Source: Oscillospiraceae bacterium
GTDB taxonomy: Bacteria; Bacillota; Clostridia; Oscillospirales; Oscillospiraceae
Direction: 5' to 3'
NCBI GenBank assembly: GCA_015067785.1
Contig: SVLR01000010.1
Location: 1,915-65,914, forward strand
DNA length: 64,000 bases
The position numbers and the translations under genes were made by a program. The stretch's first letter is position 1. Each line of letters opens with the position of its first letter. The notes beneath the pieces were generated by a model. It searched no databases. It was given only the letters and a program-made list of their open reading frames with translations, and was not told where the DNA came from. Below, piece by piece: positions 28,157-37,586 of the stretch.

Positions 28157-29416
28157 CTATGCCTCTTTATATAGTGCCAATTCTAGTGTTCTATTTGCCC
28201 TTATCTGAGCTTCCTGATTTGCGTGACTATAAATATTTAATGTTATAGCTGGTGCTGCGTGTCCTAGTTTTTTACTAATACTAACGATATCTGCATTATT
28301 GGCTATACTAATTGTCGCCATCGTATGCCGCAAAGTATGAGGATGTAAACCAGGGAAGCCATATTTCTTGCCAAACTTCCTCAAATACTTGGTTGGTGCA
28401 TTGGGATCCATCATTTCCCCATCATCTTGCGTAAATACGAATCCTGAACCAGGTATCCCCATTGCCAATTGCATTCTAAGTTGTTCCCGTTTCCATTCCT
28501 TCAGCACAGTCAATACTGGTGGATTTAGAAACACCGTTCGCCCTTTACCGCTCTTTGGTGTAGTAATGTACTTACCTATTCCAACTTCGTACTGTACATT
28601 TCCTTTAATCTCTATGCACCCAGTCTTTAGATTGATATCGTTCCACCGCATAGCAATTGCTTCACCTCTTCTGCATCCACTGTCAAGGTAGAACATAATC
28701 AAAGCGCGCCACTTCAGAGGTTCGTTTTTAAGGCACTCAAGCAACCTTCTAGATTCTTCCAACGTCAGCGATTTCGACTCCATCTTGATATCGTCCTTTT
28801 TTGGCTTTGGCTTTTTTATCCGTTTCATCGGTGAATCTACAATCACCTCATCTGATACTGCGGCTTCAAATAATGTATGAAGCACATTGTAATGTTTTCC
28901 AATAGTATTATATGATAATGGGGCACCACTACGCTCACTCACACCATTGGACTGCAGCTCGAAAATATATCCTTTCATAATAACTGGTGTAATTTCCGTC
29001 ATTTTGTATTCACCAAGTTTCTTAGATGCTCTGTTAAAAACATTCCGGTAATTTCCTAAGGTTCCAAGGCTGCGAGTAAATTTGGATTGCTCCATGAAAA
29101 ATTCGACATACATATTGAATGTCATTTTCCTTTCCTCCTCACGCCTCAATTCCTCCGCAATCCTGACCTGCTCCTGTTCGTAAGCCTTCCGGTCAGCCCT
29201 TGTCATAACTGTCCCTGCAACGCAGTTTGCTTCAAATGTTGCTGCTTCAATCTGTGCCTGTTTCATCGCCTTCTTATCAGACCAGCTTTCAGGCGGTGTG
29301 TACCGCATTGTGTAAGGTGCCAGTTGTTTACCCGTGATAGGATCACGACCACGAAAAACTCGTATTTGATAAACGCGACTACCATCTTTCAATGTCCTTT
29401 TTGTAATACTTGCCAT
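28157..29416 (-). CDS. tyrosine recombinase/integrase
   Basis: SGCRRGE, PKS, HTLRHT, LGH, TLNIYSH (R-K-H-R-H-Y) plus N-terminal arm-binding region. Confidence 0.95.
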   Translation of the reverse strand: MASITKRTLKDGSRVYQIRVFRGRDPITGKQLAPYTMRYTPPESWSDKKAMKQAQIEAATFEANCVAGTVMTRADRKAYEQEQVRIAEELRREEERKMTFNMYVEFFMEQSKFTRSLGTLGNYRNVFNRASKKLGEYKMTEITPVIMKGYIFELQSNGVSERSGAPLSYNTIGKHYNVLHTLFEAAVSDEVIVDSPMKRIKKPKPKKDDIKMESKSLTLEESRRLLECLKNEPLKWRALIMFYLDSGCRRGEAIAMRWNDINLKTGCIEIKGNVQYEVGIGKYITTPKSGKGRTVFLNPPVLTVLKEWKREQLRMQLAMGIPGSGFVFTQDDGEMMDPNAPTKYLRKFGKKYGFPGLHPHTLRHTMATISIANNADIVSISKKLGHAAPAITLNIYSHANQEAQIRANRTLELALYKEA

Positions 29417-29449
29417 ATGAACTCCTTTCCACATATTGGTTGTATCTTT

Positions 29450-29554
29450 CGATTATATTATACTCGCATTTGATTATATTGTCAATGATTATATACTCTT
29501 TATTGATTATTTTCACATCCGTTATTGACAGAATATCTCTCTATCTGATATACT
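29450..29554. promoter_or_regulatory. divergent promoters (integrase and XRE) with GATTAT repeats
   Basis: Minus strand TTGACA-17-TATAAT (29457-29485); plus strand TTGACA-18-TATACT (29525-29554); four GATTAT(AT) repeats. Confidence 0.7.
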
Positions 29555-29584
29555 TCCAATAGTAACAATGTGAGGGGGGTACGT

Positions 29585-29794
29585 ATGGGTGCCGCAAAAG
29601 CTATTAAACAGTTAATGCACGAGCAGAATATTTCTGTCAGCCAGTTAGCCTCCGCGTTGGGCATTCAACCGCAATCAATGAGTAACAAACTCTACCGAGA
29701 TAATTTCTCCTTTGATGAAGTTGTCCATATAGCTGATATGCTTGGAAGCGATGTAAAATTAATTGTTCGGAGCACTGGTAAAGAATTTTATTAA
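29585..29794 (+). CDS. XRE-family HTH transcriptional regulator
   Basis: ISVSQLASALGIQPQSMSNKL HTH; RBS GAGGGGG. Confidence 0.8.
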   Translation: MGAAKAIKQLMHEQNISVSQLASALGIQPQSMSNKLYRDNFSFDEVVHIADMLGSDVKLIVRSTGKEFY

Positions 29795-29885
29795 TTTTTA
29801 TTATGTGAAGAAGTTGAATTTACAACATCCATAAGTCACTTATAATGTACAGCCCCTGTAATAAGGGGCTGTATTTGCTTATTGG

Positions 29886-30104
29886 TTATGATTCCTTGCG
29901 GTTAGAAATAGTATTGGTGCCTCCAAAACTACGATTGCTCTGCTCTTCCAGGACAACCATAAGTTGAGGGACATTAATAAGGAATTTTCTTCCAGAATAA
30001 AAACCGGGAATCTTTTTTTCCTTGACAGCTGAACGCAGAAAAGACTCCGCAATTCCCGTTTTCTTCGCTGTCTGCCTAATACTCATATAAATTACAGAAT
30101 CCAA
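29886..30104 (-). CDS. excisionase-like HTH DNA-binding protein
   Basis: YMSIRQTAKKTGI..LR..IPG..SGRKFLI; small basic protein near integrase. Confidence 0.7.
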   Translation of the reverse strand: MDSVIYMSIRQTAKKTGIAESFLRSAVKEKKIPGFYSGRKFLINVPQLMVVLEEQSNRSFGGTNTISNRKES

Positions 30105-30237
30105 TATTTTCTCCTTCCATATACAATAAACCGATTTGTACTTCCCTTTCCTACAACAAAGCTATATCTTGGCCTTTAAACATTCATAACATAGCCCACG
30201 GTATTAGACATCATACGCCTATTGCCGTAGGCTGTTT

Positions 30238-30507
30238 TTATTTGCAAATATAGATATTGGAGGTCTTTGTTCCGTTAGACCTCCGCCTGTTTTTCTGTTC
30301 AATGTATCCCGCTTTTACAAGCTCGTTTATTGCTCGCTTGACTGTGGATACACTGCATTTGGTATCTGCTGCTATTCTCTTGTGTGAGGGATAACAGCAT
30401 ACCCCCTTCCCCTGCCGGTAGCGCAGGTATCTGTAGATACTCTGCGCTGCAAAGGATAGGTCATCTCGGAATATCTGTTCGTAGTCTTTCACAGATAATA
30501 TCACCAT
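30238..30507 (-). CDS. HTH_36 winged-helix protein (Rep N-terminal-like)
   Basis: CYPSHKRIA..CSVSTVKRAINELVKAGYI..SNIY. Confidence 0.8.
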   Translation of the reverse strand: MVILSVKDYEQIFRDDLSFAAQSIYRYLRYRQGKGVCCYPSHKRIAADTKCSVSTVKRAINELVKAGYIEQKNRRRSNGTKTSNIYICK

Positions 30508-32401
30508 CCTTATTGATCAGGATTTCTGTTTCCTCCCGACTGGATATATTGCTCTCGGACATTGGCATGCTGTCAGAACCATCCCCAACATCGCCGGCTG
30601 GCTTTTCGTCCGGTTTTGCAGACATCGGTTTAACCTGACCGAAAGAAGCCCGTGTTGTCTTGGCTGACATTTCTTGGCGCTTCAGTACCTCTTCCACTGT
30701 CATAACAGTTCCCACGCTTTTACTGGTTTCCGGCGCTGGGAGTTTTGCCTCCAGACTCTTCTTGCTGGCATAGGTAACTTTACGGTTTCCCCTATCCGCA
30801 ACAGTATAAAAGCCCTTCGGGAAAACAATACCCCACTTGGAGAAGAACTTAAGCTTCACCTGCATAGGATAGAAGCCTGTTTTCATAACCACGAAGGTAC
30901 CTTTCGGCAACGACTTCAGTTCATCCGGGGTCAGCAGCGCACGCTCAATCATCTGCAGGGATTGGGACGGGTCGTTCTTGCCTCGGTTAACAGAACCGGA
31001 CTGCACCGTCTTGGTACCCAGTGCCTTGGAAAGCACTTGCGCAGATTCGCTATTGGGAGCGAAGCCACCAAATACCGTCAGCTGCGTATTGTCCGTAATA
31101 ATCTCACAGCCTTCTTTCCCATAGTTCTTTTGTAACTGGGCAAAGGACTGTATAATTGCCACAATCGATACCCTACGGGATCTGGATGCGGAGAACATCA
31201 TCTCTGCACCGTCGATTTTAGGAATGGTGCCGAACTCATCGAGGTACATCATAACGCGGTTCTTGAGTTTACCATTGTTCTCATCGGCAACGGCCAGGAT
31301 CTCACGGTATAGCTGCTGTACGATCAGGGACACCATAAAGTGCTTGGAGGTATCTTCTTCGGGCAGTACCACAAAGATAGCAGATTTCTCATTACAGAAG
31401 GTTTCTGCATCGATGGCTGTATCGAAGCAAAGGATCTGCTCCAGCTCAGAGTCCAGGAAAGCGTTCAGTCTGGATAGGGCTGTGGACATAACTGAGGACA
31501 TTGCCTGCTCAGAAGTATTCAATGCAGCACCGGCAAACCATCTCGCCTTATGATCCTCCGGCAATCTGGAGATTATGGACTGGAACTGGTTTCTGCCGCG
31601 GACGCCCGCGGGTGCCAGTAGATCCTGGATAATCTTAAACACAGAAACAATATGCCGTGCTTCCGGTTCGCAGTATTCTGCCACAAGCAAAATGGATGCC
31701 GTCAGCAAGCCCTCCGCCGCATCGTAGAAAAATGCATTCTGACCAAAGGATGCGCCATCCATACCGGATGCGATGATGGTCTTGGAAATGATCTTTGCGT
31801 ACTTTTCCGCCTTTGCCTTATAGGCCAGGTTGTTGGGTTCTTTCTTCCAAAGATCCATATACTTGTTTACCAGATGCAGAAGGTTATTACCGTCTGACTT
31901 GGTAGGGTTACGCAGGTCAATAACAGACACCTTGTAACCGTAGTAGTCCTTGGCGATCTTACCGTAGTGCCGGTACAGGTCACCCTTGGTATCGGATGTG
32001 ATAAACGACATACCCGAGGCACAGGCATACTCCAAGTTGGGATACAGAAAATAGGCTGTCTTACCCACACCGGCTGCGCCAATCATAAGGGCGTGGACAT
32101 CGCCGGTATCTACCATAGCCGTCGTGGTGCCTTTGGCAGTACGGCACCCCACCACGATACCTTGCTCGTCAGGCTGAGGCCGATTCTTTCCCTCGCGCCA
32201 CTGGTTGGGTTTGAAGGGGATGTGCTTGTAGGCACTCTTAATTTCTTCTTCCCGCGCCCATCGTGCCGTACCGTGCTGACCATCGCCTACGGTCTTGGAT
32301 TTAATGCTGTTTAGGTTGTAAATGTGAGACAGTACTGAGATTGCACCCAGCACCGTGAACATCACAACAGATAAAATAATCAGTGTTTCTACACCTTCCA
32401 T
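30461..32401 (-). CDS. VirD4/TraG type IV coupling protein
   Basis: QHGTARWA, GAAGVGKT, DTKGDL, YLDEFG, QSFAQL, LLTPDEL. Confidence 0.92.
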   Translation of the reverse strand: MEGVETLIILSVVMFTVLGAISVLSHIYNLNSIKSKTVGDGQHGTARWAREEEIKSAYKHIPFKPNQWREGKNRPQPDEQGIVVGCRTAKGTTTAMVDTGDVHALMIGAAGVGKTAYFLYPNLEYACASGMSFITSDTKGDLYRHYGKIAKDYYGYKVSVIDLRNPTKSDGNNLLHLVNKYMDLWKKEPNNLAYKAKAEKYAKIISKTIIASGMDGASFGQNAFFYDAAEGLLTASILLVAEYCEPEARHIVSVFKIIQDLLAPAGVRGRNQFQSIISRLPEDHKARWFAGAALNTSEQAMSSVMSTALSRLNAFLDSELEQILCFDTAIDAETFCNEKSAIFVVLPEEDTSKHFMVSLIVQQLYREILAVADENNGKLKNRVMMYLDEFGTIPKIDGAEMMFSASRSRRVSIVAIIQSFAQLQKNYGKEGCEIITDNTQLTVFGGFAPNSESAQVLSKALGTKTVQSGSVNRGKNDPSQSLQMIERALLTPDELKSLPKGTFVVMKTGFYPMQVKLKFFSKWGIVFPKGFYTVADRGNRKVTYASKKSLEAKLPAPETSKSVGTVMTVEEVLKRQEMSAKTTRASFGQVKPMSAKPDEKPAGDVGDGSDSMPMSESNISSREETEILINKDGDIICERLRTDIPR

Positions 32402-32435
32402 TGGCGCTCCTTTCTTTGCTTATTAAAATGAAGAG

Positions 32436-32548
32436 CGTGACGCTTTTACCCCCGAAAATCGGGAAATAGGTATATATACCCTACCCCTTCAAAATCGGCT
32501 CTAAAAACCCGCGTATTTAGGGCACTTTCAAGGGGTAAAAGCGTCACG
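32436..32548. repeat. 17-bp perfect inverted repeat upstream of virD4
   Basis: CGTGACGCTTTTACCCC (32436-32452) / GGGGTAAAAGCGTCACG (32532-32548). Confidence 0.7.
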
Positions 32549-32915
32549 TCTGTGAGCACTTTCCGCGGTACTTTCGATTCCTCTTTGCGTTCTTGCGTCT
32601 GCGCGCAATTTCAGAGCATTTTAACGAGCAGTACAGCTTGTTTTTGGATGCCGGAAACGGGCTTCCACAATTTTTGCAGATGCGTACAGGACCATCCTGA
32701 AACAACACCTGGAGGCCTGGATCATAATACAAAACCACATTCCGAAAGTACTTACACAGCGCGCTGTTTGTAAATCCGATAATCATCATCGGACAATCCT
32801 CATCCAGTAGAAGGCATCCGTACTCCCAATCATAATTGGCGCACTTTGCCTTTATGAGTTTCTGAATGGCTCGACGCTCTGTCGGATCCAATTCACGACT
32901 TGATACCGATGGCAT
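32544..32915 (-). CDS. cysteine-rich VLP domain protein
   Basis: CANYD..GCLLLD..C...CKYFR..VL, C-terminal C..CG..F...YCS..C. Confidence 0.75.
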   Translation of the reverse strand: MPSVSSRELDPTERRAIQKLIKAKCANYDWEYGCLLLDEDCPMMIIGFTNSALCKYFRNVVLYYDPGLQVLFQDGPVRICKNCGSPFPASKNKLYCSLKCSEIARRRKNAKRNRKYRGKCSQT

Positions 32916-33819
32916 TTCCTTCCCTCCCCTCCATATGATGAATGAGACGGATGCAGTCCATCACAACTTTCAAAATAGGCTTTACGAAAATATCTGCATC
33001 ATTGAACATACTGGGGATGTCATACACCTGATTCATCTCACGGACATCACTACAGATCTGCCGTAAACGCATTTCTGTATTTCCGTTATCTGCGTAAGAC
33101 ACATACATCCCGGTGAGTTTCCTATAGATCTCTTCCCAAGAGCCATCCTGCAGGCACTTCCTATACTCATCCATAGAAAGCAAAAGAAGCAGAACGATAA
33201 AGGTATCGATCTGCTTTTCATTAACTGTGGGAATTTTAAATTGAATACTGGAAGCCACTGCGTTAACCTTCGTTAGTAGCTGCGGTGGTTTCTTTTCGTA
33301 TTTAGCCATGGAGATATATTCCCGGCACAACTTACAGATCGCTTCTGTATCATCCGCCTCTGCGCGGATAGGCGCCACACCGTGGTTCTCCTTTGTATCT
33401 TCTCCCCAATCCTTATTCTTGGAATGAAGCGTCTGCACATCCGTATAGCCCTGTTCTTTCAGAATCTCTGTCATGCGTGCGCAGGCTGCACGGCCTGCAT
33501 TATCGTGATCCAAGCAAAGCACAATCTTTTTGAGTCTTGGATTTACCTTCAGGCGATGGAGGATTGCTTTCTCTGATACAGAGCAGAGCGCCACATAGGA
33601 ATGCCTTTGCCAGTTCTGCGGGTGGAGTGTGATGAACGCCAGCATATCAATAGGCGCTTCAAAAACAAAGAGCCATTCGCTCTCCCCGTCATAATGGAAG
33701 CTATACTCCGCCCTGCTTCCTGTTTCCGTCTGTTTGAAAGCACCCATCGTACCGCGCCGATGGATGTGCTTTGGTCTGCCTTCTTCATCCGTACCAACAA
33801 AAATGCAGTTGTGATATTC
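32893..33819 (-). pseudogene. 5'-truncated DUF3991/Toprim primase-like protein
   Basis: HNCIFVGTDEEG..., VFEAPIDMLAF, LCLDHDNAG, KDW; frame extends upstream of the ATG at 33747 with no start or RBS. Confidence 0.7.
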
Positions 33820-34586
33820 AGGTTAAAGTACATCTCATAACCACCGGTAAAAGCCATCTGTCCAAAGTAGATATGCCCTAACGCGTTGTTGCGGATCATA
33901 AACATAGGATAACGGAAACGGTCGCTCTTAAACTTGCCAGAAACCACCGTGCCACAGGAGGGCATCTCGTGCCAGCGGAACGCGCCCTCAGCACAGGCCT
34001 TGTCCGTATCCATATAACCCAGGGAAAACACCTTGAATTTATCCTTATCTCCGTCGAAATAGTGATCCCAATCTTCAAAGGTCTCCATACCGCCGGACAT
34101 AGGAATAAGCTTATTGATCTTCATTGGCTGATCCGATTCATTTTTCAGCGTAATATACCGGGTAAAAATCGCGCTGCCCGAGAGGATCGTATGCACCTCG
34201 ACCGTTAGCGGATAAATTCTGCTCTTTAAAGTAATAATGCCGTGGAGTGTCTCAGTCTTAGTTGCAGAAATATATTCTTCACTTTTCTCAAAGCCGACAT
34301 AATCCCAATCATAGTCGAGACATTCTCCGTTGACTTCAACAGAAAAAGCAAAGGGCTCAGGATAGTCCTCAAAATTCAGGCGAACGGGAATATCCTCCAA
34401 AACATTAAGCGGTGTGCCGGAAGTATTCCATCCTGCAGAAACTAACCGGCCGTTATCAAAGCTTTCTTCATAAACCGTCAAACCCGTTCTGTAGCAGAAC
34501 ACCGGGAATTGCGTGCCCCGAAAATCTACGCGGCCTGTTGATACATAAATATCTTTGTAATTATTATTAAAAAGGTCTCTTTGCAT
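33820..34586 (-). pseudogene. 3'-truncated glycoside hydrolase (GH36 alpha-galactosidase-like N-terminal domain)
   Basis: FTRYITLKN, PMFMIRNN..G..YFGQMAFTGG resemble the GH36 N-domain; no catalytic barrel; ORF tail reads toprim DNA out of frame. Confidence 0.55.
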
Positions 34587-35154
34587 AATAATCTCCCCTA
34601 TTTATACATACGCAAAAGGATGCAGACACCCTTACCACACAAAGGAATATGGAATCGACCCAAACATAGGCGTTAGGACCCCAGTTCTGAGAAGCGAGGC
34701 GGAGCCATAATTGAGTACCCAGCTGAGAAGCATCGATGGTATAATCAAACCATGTTTCAGACTGGAAGCCAAACATCTGACTTGCATTGCGATCCGCAAG
34801 AGAGTCGGACCACCAGTAAACAGCCTTGGTTCCTTCCTTTACATACAGGCGAAGAGTAACTGTCTCGTAAGCAGAGAAGTCCGCGGTAGCTACTAAGAAG
34901 CCATGGTAGCTTTCGTTCGTAGCACCAAGAGCAAGACAGCCGGTAGCGCCCATATGCTCAGGATAATGGCCATGGATAGTACCACTACCTGCAGCACCCC
35001 ACACCAGATCATATTCAGGTGTGTACTCTACAGAGAAGTCATTAATGACAACAGGCTCAGCCGCAGCATCAGCCTTTGTTACGGGCGCAGCAATCAAAAC
35101 GCAAGTAACGATCATAACTGCCGCAAGGAGAAACGCTAAGAGATTTTTTTTCAT
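34567..35154 (-). CDS. secreted hypothetical protein (possible carbohydrate-binding module, maybe truncated)
   Basis: Sec signal peptide, RBS GGAGG, aromatic beta-sandwich-like sequence ending VWVDSI. Confidence 0.6.
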   Translation of the reverse strand: MKKNLLAFLLAAVMIVTCVLIAAPVTKADAAAEPVVINDFSVEYTPEYDLVWGAAGSGTIHGHYPEHMGATGCLALGATNESYHGFLVATADFSAYETVTLRLYVKEGTKAVYWWSDSLADRNASQMFGFQSETWFDYTIDASQLGTQLWLRLASQNWGPNAYVWVDSIFLCVVRVSASFCVCINRGDYYAKRPF

Positions 35155-35687
35155 AATATGTACCTCCTATGATTTTTTAAACGGTCATTATTCACAAATA
35201 ACCTGTTTAAGTTAGCTTTATGTTACATAATTATGTACAAATTTGCAATAGCCCAACGCAAAGACAGGACTTTTGGGTAATTTTTCAAGATTTTTTGTTA
35301 ACATTTTTGATCGTTAGTAATCACAACTATCTACATAGGCGAGTTTCCATCATCTACTCATCGTCTGTATATAATATGTGATATAGATATTGTTGCCATA
35401 CCACGAAAAGGGAAAACGACAAGGGGTATGGCATAATTTCTATCAAATTCGACGGTGATCGCAAGGTTATATAAGCAAATTCGCCATTAAAAATCCCGGG
35501 GGGGAGTTAAAATTCTAACTCACCCCGGGATGCAGGTTAGGTTTGGCGCGGATAGCCTATGGTTGTTTCTCTACCAAGGTGGAGAATTGTTCCATATTTT
35601 TATGATCTAAGTTTTTAATTCAAAACAACATTAAAATCATCAAGTATGAGTAACCTTTGCATTTCGCTACAAGTCATATACACAGGC

Positions 35688-36104
35688 CTAAGAACATTTT
35701 TCAATTTGTAACAAACCGCAAGTGATTTTAAATGTTGCACTTTTTCCATCATCTCCCGTTACAGTAATTTCAGTCTTTCCAGAACCAACTTCGCAGATGG
35801 CTACCGGGAATATGGTGCTATATGTGTAATCCGGGTTGCTCTTTTGCGTGGCCACAACCTGTATGCGATAAAAAGTAAACAGTTCCAGAGAATAGGCAAT
35901 CTGATGTCCGCTGGCAATCGTTTCCCCATTGTAGCTGTAAACAAATTCCCAGTCATCCGTAGGTGCACCGGAGATCTGCTCCTCCAAAAAGTTAAACTCA
36001 TAGATTCCATACTTGTACGATCCTGTTGGTTCAGGCTCTGTCATTGGCTCTACACAGCCCGTTAACACCAACAACAGCATAACTGCACATAGTATTCTTC
36101 TCAT
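35688..36104 (-). CDS. hypothetical lipoprotein
   Basis: Lipobox LTGC, RBS GGAGG. Confidence 0.7.
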   Translation of the reverse strand: MRRILCAVMLLLVLTGCVEPMTEPEPTGSYKYGIYEFNFLEEQISGAPTDDWEFVYSYNGETIASGHQIAYSLELFTFYRIQVVATQKSNPDYTYSTIFPVAICEVGSGKTEITVTGDDGKSATFKITCGLLQIEKCS

Positions 36105-36117
36105 ACCATATCCCCTC

Positions 36118-36566
36118 CTACAGCTTTATATTAGGATTCCCCAGGTTGATAATTCGCTTACCTCGCCTTTTAGCCAACCATACAAATTTGTATGCCCCAC
36201 CCCAAGTGTGATCAATGTAGCATACACAAATATCAGCTGCATTTACAAATATCGATTCCGCCAGTCAATGGCATACTTCGGATGCACCGATTCGATCCCC
36301 TCCGGATACATCGTATCGGTATAATCTTCATACTCCTGTCGTTCAGTCGGTAAGTACGCAAGAACAACGCTATAATGGATATGGGGATATTTCTCCTGAA
36401 GGGATCTTAGGCATCTGCGTACCATACTATCAAACTGGCCCTGATGCCCAACCAAGAATTCTTCCACTCCCTGCCCCACTAACTCTTCAATGGTGTTCCG
36501 GAGCACCTCAGCATCCAAGCTATTGCATTCCCTATGCCCGAAAAATACGCAAACCTGTCCTTCCAT
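36118..36566 (-). pseudogene. frameshifted SLOG/YpsA (DUF1273-like) protein
   Basis: CVFFGHR, F.VG..G.FD, RNR; continues in another frame after ~36245 as VNAADICVCYIDHTWGGAYKFV. Confidence 0.7.
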
Positions 36567-36673
36567 ATCTGTATCTCCTTTTTCGGCTATGTATAGCCTA
36601 ATAGTAGCACACATAGCCTATAATGTCCATCTAAATCGTATATGCTTATAGAAAACGATATGGAGGCATCATT

Positions 36674-36916
36674 ATGGATACACTCACAGCGGTTAGAAAC
36701 AGGATCCTTGCTCTTTGTGGAGAACGGGACATCAGCATTAACAAACTGGCAACCATTTGTGCGTTACCTCCATCGAGTGTAAAGAACATTCTGTATGGAA
36801 AAAGCCAAAATCCTAAATTACTCACCATCAAAATGATCTGTGATGGTTTAGGTATCACCCTTGCAGACTTCTTCAACACTCCCGAATTCAATGCCTTGGA
36901 ACAGGAAATTAAATAA
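36674..36916 (+). CDS. XRE-family HTH regulator
   Basis: ISINKLA..SSVKNIL..SQNPKLLTIK.ICDGLGITLADFF; RBS GGAGG. Confidence 0.88.
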   Translation: MDTLTAVRNRILALCGERDISINKLATICALPPSSVKNILYGKSQNPKLLTIKMICDGLGITLADFFNTPEFNALEQEIK

Positions 36917-36931
36917 CAGCCAAACTATAGA

Positions 36932-36962
36932 AAAAGCAGACATCTTCGCGATGTCTGCTTTT
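36932..36962 (+). terminator. intrinsic terminator
   Basis: AAAAGCAGACATC-ttcgc-GATGTCTGCTTTT. Confidence 0.8.
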
Positions 36963-37293
36963 GTCATGAAACCCAATGTTGCTTTTCAATAAAGATATAC
37001 TCTATTCATTGCGTAACCGACATAAAAAAAGATAAAGTATGTTTCTTTTCAATAAAGCTTTACTCTTAACTTTTATACTTATTGATAGGCCATATTGAGC
37101 TATACCATAGTCCACGATTTGGGCATAGTATCCCCATAGTTATAGACCATTATTTTTTATGCTAAAACTGTTCCAGATCTTATTCAAGCTAAACGAGCCT
37201 CGTCCGTTCTATACACTTTCAATAGAAAACTCCTCAATCTTAGTTGAGGAGTTTTCTCTCAAATAGTAGAAAGTTTATTTGGGTTTGTGAATT

Positions 37294-37318
37294 TCAAAAA
37301 ACCAACAAAAAACCAACA
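37294..37318 (+). repeat. putative integrase arm-type site, copy 2
   Basis: Identical to 28025-28049. Confidence 0.75.
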
Positions 37319-37509
37319 ACATAAAATATGTGTCATTCTTGTACTCTATAGAACACTATCAGAAAATACCAAAATGGCATTTTGACCTCTGATTTTAGTG
37401 AATTACCAACAGGTTTTAGAACAATCTGCACGAAATAACAACATTTATCACGATACTAAACGCTACAAATTTTCACGCCAAAAAGTACAAGGACTAAGTT
37501 CCAAATAAC

Positions 37510-37582
37510 GATGCGCCCTGAGATCAGGGCGCATCACTTTTATATAGCAATCAAAACGGGACGGCATTGCCGTCCCGTTTTA
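37510..37582. terminator. two hairpins: displaced native nifJ terminator and permease terminator
   Basis: GATGCGCCCTG-agat-CAGGGCGCATC and AAAACGGGACGGC-att-GCCGTCCCGTTTT. Confidence 0.75.
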
Positions 37583-37586
37583 CAGA

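Larger units (their letters stand above)
27910..37497. mobile_element. decayed integrative (ICE/IME-derived) element inserted at the nifJ 3' end
   Basis: 13-bp direct repeat GTACAAGGACTAA at 27910-27922 and 37485-37497; integrase, Xis-like, VirD4 and toprim fragment inside; lower GC at ends. Confidence 0.9.

Noticed and set aside
28157-37497. Prophage or self-transmissible ICE
   Set aside because: No structural phage genes, relaxase or VirB4; only a coupling protein and fragments remain
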